A DNA stretch of 64,000 bases, taken from positions 20,284 to 84,283 of the IMG/VR virus record IMGVR_UViG_3300046373_000039; one strand, written 5' to 3'. How positions within the stretch are numbered: position 1 is the first letter of the stretch; every line of letters starts with the position of its first letter. Positions 55,953-64,000 of this stretch are shown in pieces. The notes below the pieces were generated by a model, which was not told the origin of the DNA, searched no databases, and saw only the letters and a program-made list of their open reading frames with translations. The DNA comes from a virus. A program made the translations under genes and the position numbers.

Positions 55953-55981
55953 TTGACTCAAACAATCTGTCGGCTTACAAT
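55953..55981 (+). promoter_or_regulatory. sigma70-like promoter
   Basis: TTGACT-N17-TACAAT. Confidence 0.65.
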
Positions 55982-56010
55982 AGCGACAGATTAACACAAA
56001 GGAGATTAAG

Positions 56011-56259
56011 GTGAAGATTCAAAATTTTGCAACTAGTGCAATAGGTGCTTGTCAAGATAATTTTATATGTGGTGAGGTGGCAGATTGTTTAGAAATTTAT
56101 TTAAAATCTCAAGATTTTGATACATTTTTTGGGATTGACCTTCCAATGTACTCCGTCGGTGTTTATGGAGTAAACTTTCACAGATACAATAAAGATCAAA
56201 ATGTCATTTGGGCTATTTCGAACGGTAAAGTTCTTGAACACACCAAGACCTTACTCTAA
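56011..56259 (+). CDS. hypothetical protein
   Basis: AAGGAGA SD, GTG start. Confidence 0.65.
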   Translation: MKIQNFATSAIGACQDNFICGEVADCLEIYLKSQDFDTFFGIDLPMYSVGVYGVNFHRYNKDQNVIWAISNGKVLEHTKTLL

Positions 56260-56415
56260 TATAGAACCAAAGGAGAACAGAATGACGCTAAACGATATGG
56301 TAAACGAACTCGGTGATGAGTTTGATGATTATTTGGCACTGAACGATCATGACTTTGAAGTAGATAGCTCGTGGAGGTATGAGCCTGACCTAGAATATGC
56401 TCAAGGAGAGTGGCA

Positions 56416-56703
56416 ATGAGTTATCTAAATGCTTTAGAAGTTCTTAAAGAGCACTTGGTTATGCCAGAAGACTTGACAGAGTGCAAATGGTTTCATGATA
56501 CACAATCTAATTCTGTGAGCTGGACCAGTGAAGAAGATATTGATATGCTTTATGATGGTGCTGGCGAAACTTTTTCAGAGGCTTCACTTGAAGGTGTTGT
56601 TGAAATAGATGGATATGTTTTGTTTACTCTATCAGATTCTTGTGGTGGAAGCGGTCAAGTAATATTTTTAGCAAGTAATAAGGTGGAGTGCCCTTATGAG
56701 TGA
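56416..56703 (+). CDS. hypothetical acidic protein
   Basis: AAGGAGAG SD. Confidence 0.7.
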   Translation: MSYLNALEVLKEHLVMPEDLTECKWFHDTQSNSVSWTSEEDIDMLYDGAGETFSEASLEGVVEIDGYVLFTLSDSCGGSGQVIFLASNKVECPYE

Positions 56704-56974
56704 AAAGAAGCCGAAGGAAATTAAAGTTACAGTGGTTGATTATACCACTTTTACAAGTTATGACTTTCAGGAACCAGCAGTTTGGTGGATTCTTTCGGCA
56801 ACAGGGGATTACTACTACTTCCATTGCGCTAAACGAGAAGATGCACAATTGAAATGTGATGAAATGTTTGATAAGGGGTTTTACAAAGTTAAGACGAGCC
56901 GTATTATTAAAACTAAATCATCATTAGAGAGTGGTGGGTATAGCTGCACAGGTGTGGGGAGCCGTAAAAAGTGA
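56696..56974 (+). CDS. hypothetical protein
   Basis: GGTGGAG SD. Confidence 0.7.
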   Translation: MSEKKPKEIKVTVVDYTTFTSYDFQEPAVWWILSATGDYYYFHCAKREDAQLKCDEMFDKGFYKVKTSRIIKTKSSLESGGYSCTGVGSRKK

Positions 56975-57378
56975 AATATAAATACGCACTAGCCTTGATG
57001 GATATGACATGTAGGTTTGGAGAAACCTCAGAAGCTAAACGTCTTCAAGTTGGCGCAATGATCTATAAGAATGATTCTTGCATAAGCCTTGGGACGAACG
57101 GCCAGCCACCTAAGTGGCAGACAGAGGTTTGTGAGGATGAGTATGGGCAAACATTACCAACTGTACGTCATGCTGAAGCTGCTGCGCTAGAGAAACTTTA
57201 TCTCAGCACTGAAACATCAGAAGGTGCTGAGATGTTCATCAGTCACAGCCCTTGTTTGAATTGTAGTTTGAAAATAGTAGCTGCAAAAATTAAACGAGTG
57301 TGGTATCGTAACGAATATAGGACAGTTGAGGGTTCAGCATACCTCAAAAGTCAAGGTGTAAAAGTAATCAAAATTTAA
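56971..57378 (+). CDS. dCMP deaminase
   Basis: RLQVGA, GTNG.P, HAE, SPCLNC zinc motifs. Confidence 0.92.
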   Translation: MKYKYALALMDMTCRFGETSEAKRLQVGAMIYKNDSCISLGTNGQPPKWQTEVCEDEYGQTLPTVRHAEAAALEKLYLSTETSEGAEMFISHSPCLNCSLKIVAAKIKRVWYRNEYRTVEGSAYLKSQGVKVIKI

Positions 57379-57390
57379 AGGAGAACTTAA

Positions 57391-57660
57391 TTGAAAGATC
57401 AACAAGGTAATGAAATTAAAATTGGAGTTGCTTATCAGTATGTTTTTGGCATGCCTGGTCCTGATGTCACATGTCTAGTTGTTGAAAGTATTAATGAGGA
57501 CGGTACAGTTAATACTTATGATGTTTCATTCAAAATGAAAGTTGATAATGTAAAGACAGAGGGTCTTTGGAGACCACTCAAACACACATGGGATGCGTGG
57601 AGCACTTGGAAGAAAGAGGTTATTGAATATTGTGGTGCTCAGGCACTAGATTTGAACTAA
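57391..57660 (+). CDS. hypothetical protein
   Basis: AAGGAGAA SD. Confidence 0.7.
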   Translation: MKDQQGNEIKIGVAYQYVFGMPGPDVTCLVVESINEDGTVNTYDVSFKMKVDNVKTEGLWRPLKHTWDAWSTWKKEVIEYCGAQALDLN

Positions 57661-57672
57661 AGGAGAACCTAA

Positions 57673-58083
57673 ATGACAGCTACAGAGAACATCCTTCTAC
57701 CAGAAGAAATCATTGACACATATAAGCTTCAGTTCAAGTCTTTGACAGAATTTATGCGTGGGCTTAATTATGAATATGAAGGTCGTCTATTCGGTTCACC
57801 CCACTTTGTAAGCTACGATTACGAAAACAAAGCCCGTAAGAGTATTTCTGTGCACACTGCTTGCCTCTTGCACAATAATGCTTATAGTGATTGGCACGGT
57901 AAGGACTTCAAAGCACCATTTGACTTCAGCCACTACAAAATCCGTAAAGCTAAAGCTGCTAAGATTGTAAATATTGTGAACATCCAACTGAATAAGAAGA
58001 CTGGACACATTCGCACTACAAGCAATCTTGTAAACTTTGTAGACAAGGCTTATGAATATATGCTTTATTCTAAATATCTATGA
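57673..58083 (+). CDS. hypothetical protein
   Basis: AAGGAGAA SD. Confidence 0.75.
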   Translation: MTATENILLPEEIIDTYKLQFKSLTEFMRGLNYEYEGRLFGSPHFVSYDYENKARKSISVHTACLLHNNAYSDWHGKDFKAPFDFSHYKIRKAKAAKIVNIVNIQLNKKTGHIRTTSNLVNFVDKAYEYMLYSKYL

Positions 58084-58096
58084 GGGGGTACCTTAT

Positions 58097-58285
58097 ATGA
58101 ATCGTGACAGAGTTTATTTATTCCAAGATGGTAATTGGTGTTGGTGTGATGAGTATTCTTATGAGCGATATGCTGGACAGAAGTATCAAGAGATTGTCTT
58201 AGGTCAGGGTTGGAATGATAATGAGGTCAGTAGAATGCTTCAGAGTTATCATGAAGAGAATCTATCAACTTTTGAAGATGAATAG
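58097..58285 (+). CDS. hypothetical protein
   Basis: GAGGGGG SD (MNRDRVYLF...). Confidence 0.6.
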   Translation: MNRDRVYLFQDGNWCWCDEYSYERYAGQKYQEIVLGQGWNDNEVSRMLQSYHEENLSTFEDE

Positions 58286-58294
58286 AAATTTATG

Positions 58295-58329
58295 GAGCAG
58301 CTAGTCCTTGTGATTGGCTGCTCTTTTTG
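58295..58329 (+). terminator. intrinsic terminator
   Basis: GAGCAGCTA...TGGCTGCTC followed by TTTTT. Confidence 0.65.
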
Positions 58330-58365
58330 TTAATATGGATTTATAAATTAATTAGGGGGTTTTAG

Positions 58366-58902
58366 ATGGATATGTTAGACAAGGCTATTTGTTTCTGTAG
58401 GGCTGCTCATTGTGCAGTGGGCCAGAAACGTAAGTATACGGGGGAGGATTATTATCACCACCCTGAAGATGTCGCTACGATTGTGGCTGGGGTTCTTGGT
58501 CCTAAAGCTACTCATGAGATTTTGTCAGCAGCTCTTATGCATGATGCCTGTGAAGATACGAGTATCACATTAGAATTTATTGAAAACAACTTGAGTAAAG
58601 AAGTGGCCATTCTTGTTGAAATGTTGACAGATATATCAAAACCAGAAGATGGTAATCGAACCCAACGAAAAGAAATTGATCGCAAGCATACAGCTTTAGC
58701 CAGCCCTGATGCTAAAACAATCAAGCTTGCAGACTTAATTTCAAACAGTAAATCAATCTGTGAACATGACAAAGACTTTGCAAAGGTTTATATCAAAGAA
58801 AAAGAGTTGCTACTTGAAGTGTTGAAAGAAGGTGATCAGACTCTTTGGGACCGAGCTAATGAAATTGTGCAGAAGGCTAAAATTGAATTGGGGATTAAAT
58901 AA
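58366..58902 (+). CDS. HD-domain hydrolase, SpoT/Mesh1-like (small alarmone hydrolase family)
   Basis: AH..QKRKYTGEDY..HP..VA, AALMHDACEDT, V..LTD, IKLADLISN. Confidence 0.9.
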   Translation: MDMLDKAICFCRAAHCAVGQKRKYTGEDYYHHPEDVATIVAGVLGPKATHEILSAALMHDACEDTSITLEFIENNLSKEVAILVEMLTDISKPEDGNRTQRKEIDRKHTALASPDAKTIKLADLISNSKSICEHDKDFAKVYIKEKELLLEVLKEGDQTLWDRANEIVQKAKIELGIK

Positions 58903-59255
58903 TGGCTCTGTGCAGATGGTCTAGTATGAACTGGTCCTGTGACCTATATATTTATGAAGGTTGTGATGGATACTGGCATACACATGTTGCTGGTAATCGT
59001 ATCGTAGGGATTGTTCCAGAAGTAGATAACACAATATTTCATAAAGACGTTTACACTGAAGAATTGGGTAAGATTTGGGCACAGCAACACAAGGCTCAAA
59101 TGACTTTCCTAGAATCATGTGAACGTAAACCAATTGGTTTGAAATATGATGGACAGAGTTTTGTTGATGACAAGGAAAGCCTACTGAGTCGTTTACAGAC
59201 TCTTAGGGATCACGGTTATAATTTTCCAGAGATTACTGAGGAGGATCTTGAGTGA
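58902..59255 (+). CDS. hypothetical protein
   Basis: Coupled to the HD gene; MALCRWSS..CDLYIY. Confidence 0.75.
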   Translation: MALCRWSSMNWSCDLYIYEGCDGYWHTHVAGNRIVGIVPEVDNTIFHKDVYTEELGKIWAQQHKAQMTFLESCERKPIGLKYDGQSFVDDKESLLSRLQTLRDHGYNFPEITEEDLE

Positions 59256-59443
59256 CTAAAGACAAACTGACAAAAGAACTTGAATTCCTGAAACGTGATC
59301 TTGATAAGTGTGATCGTCGTTGTAAGCGTATATCTAAAGCTTGTGGTATTGAATCAAATGAGTTGATTGCATATGCTGCACAACAGACGGAGGAAGTGCT
59401 ACGATACATTGAATCACTAAAGCAACAGGAACCTAAAACATAG
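59252..59443 (+). CDS. hypothetical protein
   Basis: GAGGAGG SD. Confidence 0.6.
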   Translation: MTKDKLTKELEFLKRDLDKCDRRCKRISKACGIESNELIAYAAQQTEEVLRYIESLKQQEPKT

Positions 59444-59477
59444 TCTCGCTGAGGAAGCCCCTCAAGGACAAACCAAA

Positions 59478-59762
59478 ATGAATATTTCTTCTGTAAAGCT
59501 TATCCTGACAATATCCTTGACTGTTGTGATAACAGGCTGTACAATTGCCCCACCAAAGCAGAATGTTGTTATCACATCGCCAATGTATAACAGATGGCAT
59601 GATGCTGTGTTCAAAGAATGTCAATCTAAAGCTTGGGATGTTACACGAGAGCTTGTGATTGAGAAGTCTAAGGAAGGTTATAGCTTTACAGAAGAAGATG
59701 TTAATAATATTCATAGCTATTTGGTTAAGAAATGTTCTATGAATAGCGGGATAACGATTTAA
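59478..59762 (+). CDS. putative lipoprotein
   Basis: Signal peptide with lipobox ITGC. Confidence 0.7.
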   Translation: MNISSVKLILTISLTVVITGCTIAPPKQNVVITSPMYNRWHDAVFKECQSKAWDVTRELVIEKSKEGYSFTEEDVNNIHSYLVKKCSMNSGITI

Positions 59763-59773
59763 GGAGTTGTAAG

Positions 59774-59962
59774 ATGAAGTGGGTTAGAGTAGAAGATGTA
59801 GATTTTTGTGAGTGGATATATTCTGGAACAGAGTTCTTATCTCCTATAGCAAAGAGTCATAGTCTTCATTGCTGGGAGGAACAATTTGAACTGAACGATA
59901 CACTATACAAACTATCTGGCTCATTTAGTGCAGATGACTATATCGTGGAGGAGTGGAAATGA
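59774..59962 (+). CDS. hypothetical protein
   Basis: AAGGAG SD. Confidence 0.65.
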   Translation: MKWVRVEDVDFCEWIYSGTEFLSPIAKSHSLHCWEEQFELNDTLYKLSGSFSADDYIVEEWK

Positions 59963-60309
59963 CACATCTAGTACCAATGAGTGAAGAACAACGAGAGCAG
60001 ATTAAACAGAAACGTATTGCTGACCAAGAGTACGCTAAGGCTAATCTGAAGACAGACTATGCAGACGAGAAGTTCTGGAAAGATAGGGGCAGCGAGCTTG
60101 GTATTCGTTTCCCCGGCTGGTGGATTAAGGGTAGTGAAGTTAAATACATTCGTAGAGCTTGTAAGAAGCTTGGTGTTGAAGTGTCAGACTACGTTGACAG
60201 CACTGGCTTTAAGAATCTGAATGAATTCTCTGCACACAACCCTAAATTAAACGCTGTTTGTATGGTCGGATTAGTGATCGAGTATTATCTAGGCCGAGAT
60301 AGCTTGTAG
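59959..60309 (+). CDS. hypothetical protein
   Basis: GGAGGAG SD. Confidence 0.7.
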   Translation: MTHLVPMSEEQREQIKQKRIADQEYAKANLKTDYADEKFWKDRGSELGIRFPGWWIKGSEVKYIRRACKKLGVEVSDYVDSTGFKNLNEFSAHNPKLNAVCMVGLVIEYYLGRDSL

Positions 60310-60377
60310 AAATCAAATGAAATGGGTAAAGTTGTCGTAGTTTTACCCTATTCTAGACGAGTTAATGAAAACAAGCT

Positions 60378-60406
60378 TGACAGGTACAGGTTAGGATGAT
60401 ACAATA
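60378..60406 (+). promoter_or_regulatory. sigma70-like promoter
   Basis: TTGACA-N17-TACAAT with extended TG. Confidence 0.75.
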
Positions 60407-60624
60407 TGTTTGTTATATGAATTTTACCGATTGTTTTAGGAGAGAAATATGTTATTTATAATCTATTTGATTGCAAGCTTGCTCGTTTGCTATACTCACG
60501 CACATGGTTGTCTTGTAAGAGGTATCAAATATCCTTGGAAAGAGGATATTATACTCTGCCTATTGTGGCCTGTGGTTGTCCCATTGGGTATTTTTGTAAT
60601 TATTGCTTCTGAAGGTAAGCCATA

Positions 60625-60831
60625 ATGATCAAATCACACGAAGATCAGTTCCAGACATTCCTATCCATTGCACAGTCTTGGGGAATGAATGTTGAGCTAC
60701 ACCCTACACTAGATAAATATTTCCAAGACTTGAACACCCAAGGAGCTTGGATGATGTTCACCAATGCTTATTGGAAGGGTGTTATGGACGCTGACACTGA
60801 ACGACGAGAGAAGGGGATTTATTATGCTTAA
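60625..60831 (+). CDS. hypothetical protein
   Basis: AAGGT SD. Confidence 0.6.
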   Translation: MIKSHEDQFQTFLSIAQSWGMNVELHPTLDKYFQDLNTQGAWMMFTNAYWKGVMDADTERREKGIYYA

Positions 60832-61342
60832 GTGGGTTAAGAGTTTGTTTGGTAGTACTCGTGGTTATGAAGAAGGTTATACAGTACTTCCTGAAGTGCA
60901 TAACATTCCGCGGATGCCTAAAGTTAAACCACCAAAGGGAAGTGATATCTCTGAGCCTGTGATTTCTTTTCTAGAAACTGTACGTAAAAACCCTAAGAGA
61001 TTTAAGGTGGGGGTTGATTGCAGCAGTTACACAGTACGTTCTGTTGAAGAAAAACCAGATTACAAGGCATACAAGATTTGGGATAATAAATTAGAAAAAG
61101 GATGGTATGTAAGAGGTTCTAGGTGGATTGCATCTTCAGTATTTTTATTAGAACATATTAATCCTTTACTTTGTGTTTATGAGGATGCATTCTTTATCAC
61201 ACCAGACGAAAAAGAATATCTAATCAAAGAAATCTCAAGCATCATGAACTATCGAATTGATCGTAAAGCAAAACTAGACAAGATTCGTGCAGACAGACGT
61301 ATCCGAGATACACGTAATAAACTTAAGGAACTATACAAATGA
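60824..61342 (+). CDS. hypothetical protein
   Basis: AAGGGG SD, ATG 60824. Confidence 0.7.
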   Translation: MLKWVKSLFGSTRGYEEGYTVLPEVHNIPRMPKVKPPKGSDISEPVISFLETVRKNPKRFKVGVDCSSYTVRSVEEKPDYKAYKIWDNKLEKGWYVRGSRWIASSVFLLEHINPLLCVYEDAFFITPDEKEYLIKEISSIMNYRIDRKAKLDKIRADRRIRDTRNKLKELYK

Positions 61343-61575
61343 GCAATCACATCAAAGTACGTACAATTAATGGGGTCGTATCATTCTACACAGCACAAGA
61401 TGGAGTTGTATTGAAATCAATCTCATCTATTCGCTTTGCAGATGTTGAGAATGCTGTCTTTAGTCTTGTTAAGAAAGATGGTGAGTATTACACATACCTT
61501 CCACAGCGAAATATGCAGCTTGTAAAGCTTGCTGAGGCTGTCGAGAAAGGTTATATTATGTTTAAGGTGAGTTGA
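61339..61575 (+). CDS. hypothetical protein
   Basis: AAGGA SD. Confidence 0.65.
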   Translation: MSNHIKVRTINGVVSFYTAQDGVVLKSISSIRFADVENAVFSLVKKDGEYYTYLPQRNMQLVKLAEAVEKGYIMFKVS

Positions 61576-61576
61576 C

Positions 61577-61765
61577 ATGAAATACTACCAAGCTGTATAC
61601 CAAACAGATTCACACGGGTTCCATGTTGTCTATTCTAAGAATATTTGGACAAAAGAGGAAGATGCACGAGAATACTTGTATGAATTGAGTAGTATTCTTC
61701 ACGGAGAAAGTGGCTCATTTATGTATGAGTCTTGGGTGCGTGAACTGTATGTTAACACCCCTTAA
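61577..61765 (+). CDS. hypothetical protein
   Basis: AAGGTGA SD. Confidence 0.65.
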   Translation: MKYYQAVYQTDSHGFHVVYSKNIWTKEEDAREYLYELSSILHGESGSFMYESWVRELYVNTP

Positions 61766-61977
61766 TGTCAAAGCGTGACTTAAAACAACCAAGTGTTCCA
61801 CCCTACTATAGAAAGCTAGCGGCCTCACTTAACCCAGACCATCCAGATACACCCCTTCTAGCAAGTCAATATTTAAAATATGCTGATGATTATCAGAAAG
61901 AAGAGGAAAGATTGCTGTACAAGTGGAAGAAGGCTAGCTATAATCGGGGTGTTGGTAAAACCAAGAAATTTAAATAG
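61765..61977 (+). CDS. hypothetical protein
   Basis: TAATG coupling to the previous gene. Confidence 0.6.
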   Translation: MSKRDLKQPSVPPYYRKLAASLNPDHPDTPLLASQYLKYADDYQKEEERLLYKWKKASYNRGVGKTKKFK

Positions 61978-61986
61978 GAGGAGGAA

Positions 61987-62268
61987 ATGAAACGTGAAAA
62001 CAAAGGATACTCAAATGTAGTAGGTAACGATATCTACAACCACTATGGCCTATTCTTCTGGCAAACGTGCTGGTTCTGTGATAAAGACTTTAGACGTGAA
62101 GCTGGATATAGGTTTCAAGTGCAGTATAATCGCCCTTGGGTGTATTCTTGCTCAGATTGTTCTTGCTCTAAATCACATTGTAATGAGAATGTGACAGTAC
62201 ATAAGCTGAATATGCGTAAAGGGTACGTTCCTGTACCACCACCTATGAGGACTTATCGTAATGACTGA
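61987..62268 (+). CDS. Cys-rich hypothetical protein
   Basis: AGGAGGAGG SD; CWFC...CSDC. Confidence 0.7.
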   Translation: MKRENKGYSNVVGNDIYNHYGLFFWQTCWFCDKDFRREAGYRFQVQYNRPWVYSCSDCSCSKSHCNENVTVHKLNMRKGYVPVPPPMRTYRND

Positions 62269-62436
62269 TCAAATCATTATAAAGAAAGGTAGGGTTAGGA
62301 TAAAACAAGGTTATGCCGGAATTTACATCGTTGAATGTAGACTAAGTTGGTGGCTACCATTTTGGTGGGATATGGGTCATACTACTTATTTAGATGTTGC
62401 TGAGAATCACATAAAGTGGATTGAAGAGAATATTCT

Positions 62437-62718
62437 GTGACTGAACCTCTATGCACATGTGGTAAAAGACCTAAACATAAATGCTCTGAGGAGTCTAGAG
62501 TGGGTGGTAAGATGTGTTTGAGGGAGTTGGAAGAGGATCTAAGGGAAAGTTTGTTTAAGAAAATTGCATATGGAGTGTCAGATACTGAGATTTCTGATAA
62601 GGATAAAGATATTGTCAGTAAGACAACACTTATGCATATTCTAGAACAGAAAGAAGCTTATAGAGGAAAGAACAATGAATCAAACAATAGAAGAACGTAT
62701 GCAAAACGTAGAAGATGA
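62437..62718 (+). CDS. hypothetical protein
   Basis: CTCG...C...C ORF in the operon. Confidence 0.55.
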   Translation: MTEPLCTCGKRPKHKCSEESRVGGKMCLRELEEDLRESLFKKIAYGVSDTEISDKDKDIVSKTTLMHILEQKEAYRGKNNESNNRRTYAKRRR

Positions 62719-62828
62719 ACTTAAACAACTTCGTAAAGAGATGGAAGAGAGTATTGCACGGTATAATAGGCCTATAGTGCCACTCACCGACCTAGAAATA
62801 AAGTCACACTTTGCTGAGAGACGTAGAA

Positions 62829-63053
62829 ATGAAAACTAATTGGATACCACGTAAACCACTAACACAAGATGAATTAAACATCTTAGTAGCCTCTGTACAT
62901 TTACGATCAACACCAGAGGATCCTTGTGCCAAATATCCACAAGTGTTAAAGATGCAGAGTATGTACAGGGCTAAGTTTGGGGAGGGTCAATTATATAAAG
63001 ATTATAAACTTGCACAAGAGAGACTAGGGAAGAATGAAAGTACGATCAGTTGA
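62829..63053 (+). CDS. hypothetical protein
   Basis: ORF preceding the RepL-like gene; start uncertain. Confidence 0.55.
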   Translation: MKTNWIPRKPLTQDELNILVASVHLRSTPEDPCAKYPQVLKMQSMYRAKFGEGQLYKDYKLAQERLGKNESTIS

Positions 63054-63585
63054 AACAAGGCACGAAGGTCTTACAGTGTTTGACTCTGAGACAGGAGAGA
63101 TTCTATACCAAAAGAAACCTAAACCTGTGAAGCGTGGAACATTCGATAAGTATGTAGGTATTGATACCAAATATCCTGAAGACTGCATCACTAAAGATAG
63201 TTTGTTGGAAACCCTATCTGTAATGGATGGATATCTTAAAGAAAAGCCATACCTGACTTCACACAATATGCTAGATGCCTTGAATCAAAACTTACTTACT
63301 CCTATGGAGATTAAACTCCTAACCCACATCATCACAAACCTAACAGGTTGGAATATCTATATCGGCACAGTTAAAGATTTGTGTGCTTGTGGTATTCAAG
63401 AGAACAACTTATCAAGGTTGATTAAGGGATTAGAGCCTAATGGCTTGAGAGTGAAGAGTAGGAACAAGCCATTCAGAGGTGATATTGTTATTGAAGTGAG
63501 TCCTGTATACGGATGGAAAGGTGATATTAGGTATCGAGAAACAAGAGTTAATAGTTGGTATGGTAATGGAAAAGTGATAGACTAG
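63034..63585 (+). CDS. RepL-like winged-helix DNA-binding protein
   Basis: N-terminal DSETGEI, central LTPMEIKLL, HTH-like NLSRLIKGL, C-terminal VSPVYGWKG as in RepL/phage replication-associated proteins. Confidence 0.6.
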   Translation: MKVRSVETRHEGLTVFDSETGEILYQKKPKPVKRGTFDKYVGIDTKYPEDCITKDSLLETLSVMDGYLKEKPYLTSHNMLDALNQNLLTPMEIKLLTHIITNLTGWNIYIGTVKDLCACGIQENNLSRLIKGLEPNGLRVKSRNKPFRGDIVIEVSPVYGWKGDIRYRETRVNSWYGNGKVID

Positions 63586-63631
63586 GGTGAATTCCTCATT
63601 GGTGAGGAATTGGTATAGCTGAAAGCCTTTA

Positions 63632-63660
63632 TTTACAAGAGGTGCTTGATCTACTATACT
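63632..63660 (+). promoter_or_regulatory. sigma70-like promoter
   Basis: TTTACA-N17-TATACT. Confidence 0.65.
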
Positions 63661-63689
63661 TATTATAAACAAGATGTCAGGAGAGAAAT

Positions 63690-63863
63690 ATGAACATAGG
63701 AGAATTGAAAGAACTTATCAAGGATCTTCCAGATGAGATGGAAGTGTGTAGCTGCTGTGCAAGCCCTATTAATGATCCTAGTAGAGCTTGGGTGTCTGAA
63801 GAAGATTATTATGACGAAGAAACAGATAGTTTTGTAGATATTACCATTGTCAGAATTCATTAA
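63690..63863 (+). CDS. hypothetical protein (57 aa, not in ORF track)
   Basis: AGGAGAG SD; MNIGELKELIKDLPDEMEV... Confidence 0.7.
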   Translation: MNIGELKELIKDLPDEMEVCSCCASPINDPSRAWVSEEDYYDEETDSFVDITIVRIH

Positions 63864-64000
63864 TTTCCCAAACCCCCCCCCCCCCCCTCAGAAAGACACT
63901 TAGCTTGTATTAGTGAGTGTCTATTTTTATGTCTGGAAATATGTGAAAGCCTTTATTTGTAAGGGGTGTAGTCTGTGAACTTACTGGATATCTCGTAGTA

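Noticed and set aside
951-63860. Many ORF-track calls antisense to or nested in confident genes (e.g. 1628-2080, 13031-13483, 29041-29442, 36833-37279, 46846-47361)
   Set aside because: They are shadow frames of well-supported genes, with no SD or recognisable motifs.
63873-63887. C15 run as a phase-variation tract
   Set aside because: It is intergenic, after a stop codon and before a terminator-like hairpin, not in a CDS or promoter spacer. Its length may be a sequencing artefact.

Overview
This is 64 kb of an AT-rich, lytic, contractile-tailed (myovirus-type) phage genome. The spanin pair indicates a Gram-negative host. The gene set is reminiscent of PAK_P1/Felix O1/Otago-like phages, but that placement is an inference. 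There are three blocks. (1) 1-15151, + strand: replication and nucleotide metabolism (DNA polymerase C-terminus, SSB, 5'-3' exonuclease, HNH nucleases, phosphoesterase, ThyX, NrdB/NrdA). (2) 15271-50360, - strand: tRNAs, terminases, fibre genes, head, neck, tail, baseplate, two paralogous tailspikes and the lysis cassette. (3) 50909-64000, + strand: many small early genes plus PhoH, a ClpP-like protease, dCMP deaminase, an HD hydrolase and a RepL-like protein. No integrase or CRISPR array was seen. The most unusual signal is non-coding. Behind the tRNA-Gly/tRNA-Arg pair lies a multi-hairpin RNA whose loops (UUUCUCCUU, UCCUCCUCUCCUC, AUCUCCUCUCCUAA) are anti-Shine-Dalgarno sequences. They are complementary to the GGAGA-type ribosome-binding sites used by about 30 early/middle genes and almost absent from the virion genes, which suggests a phage sRNA acting as a translational early-to-late switch. 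Two further large structured non-coding regions lie at about 48195-48650 and 50420-50725.
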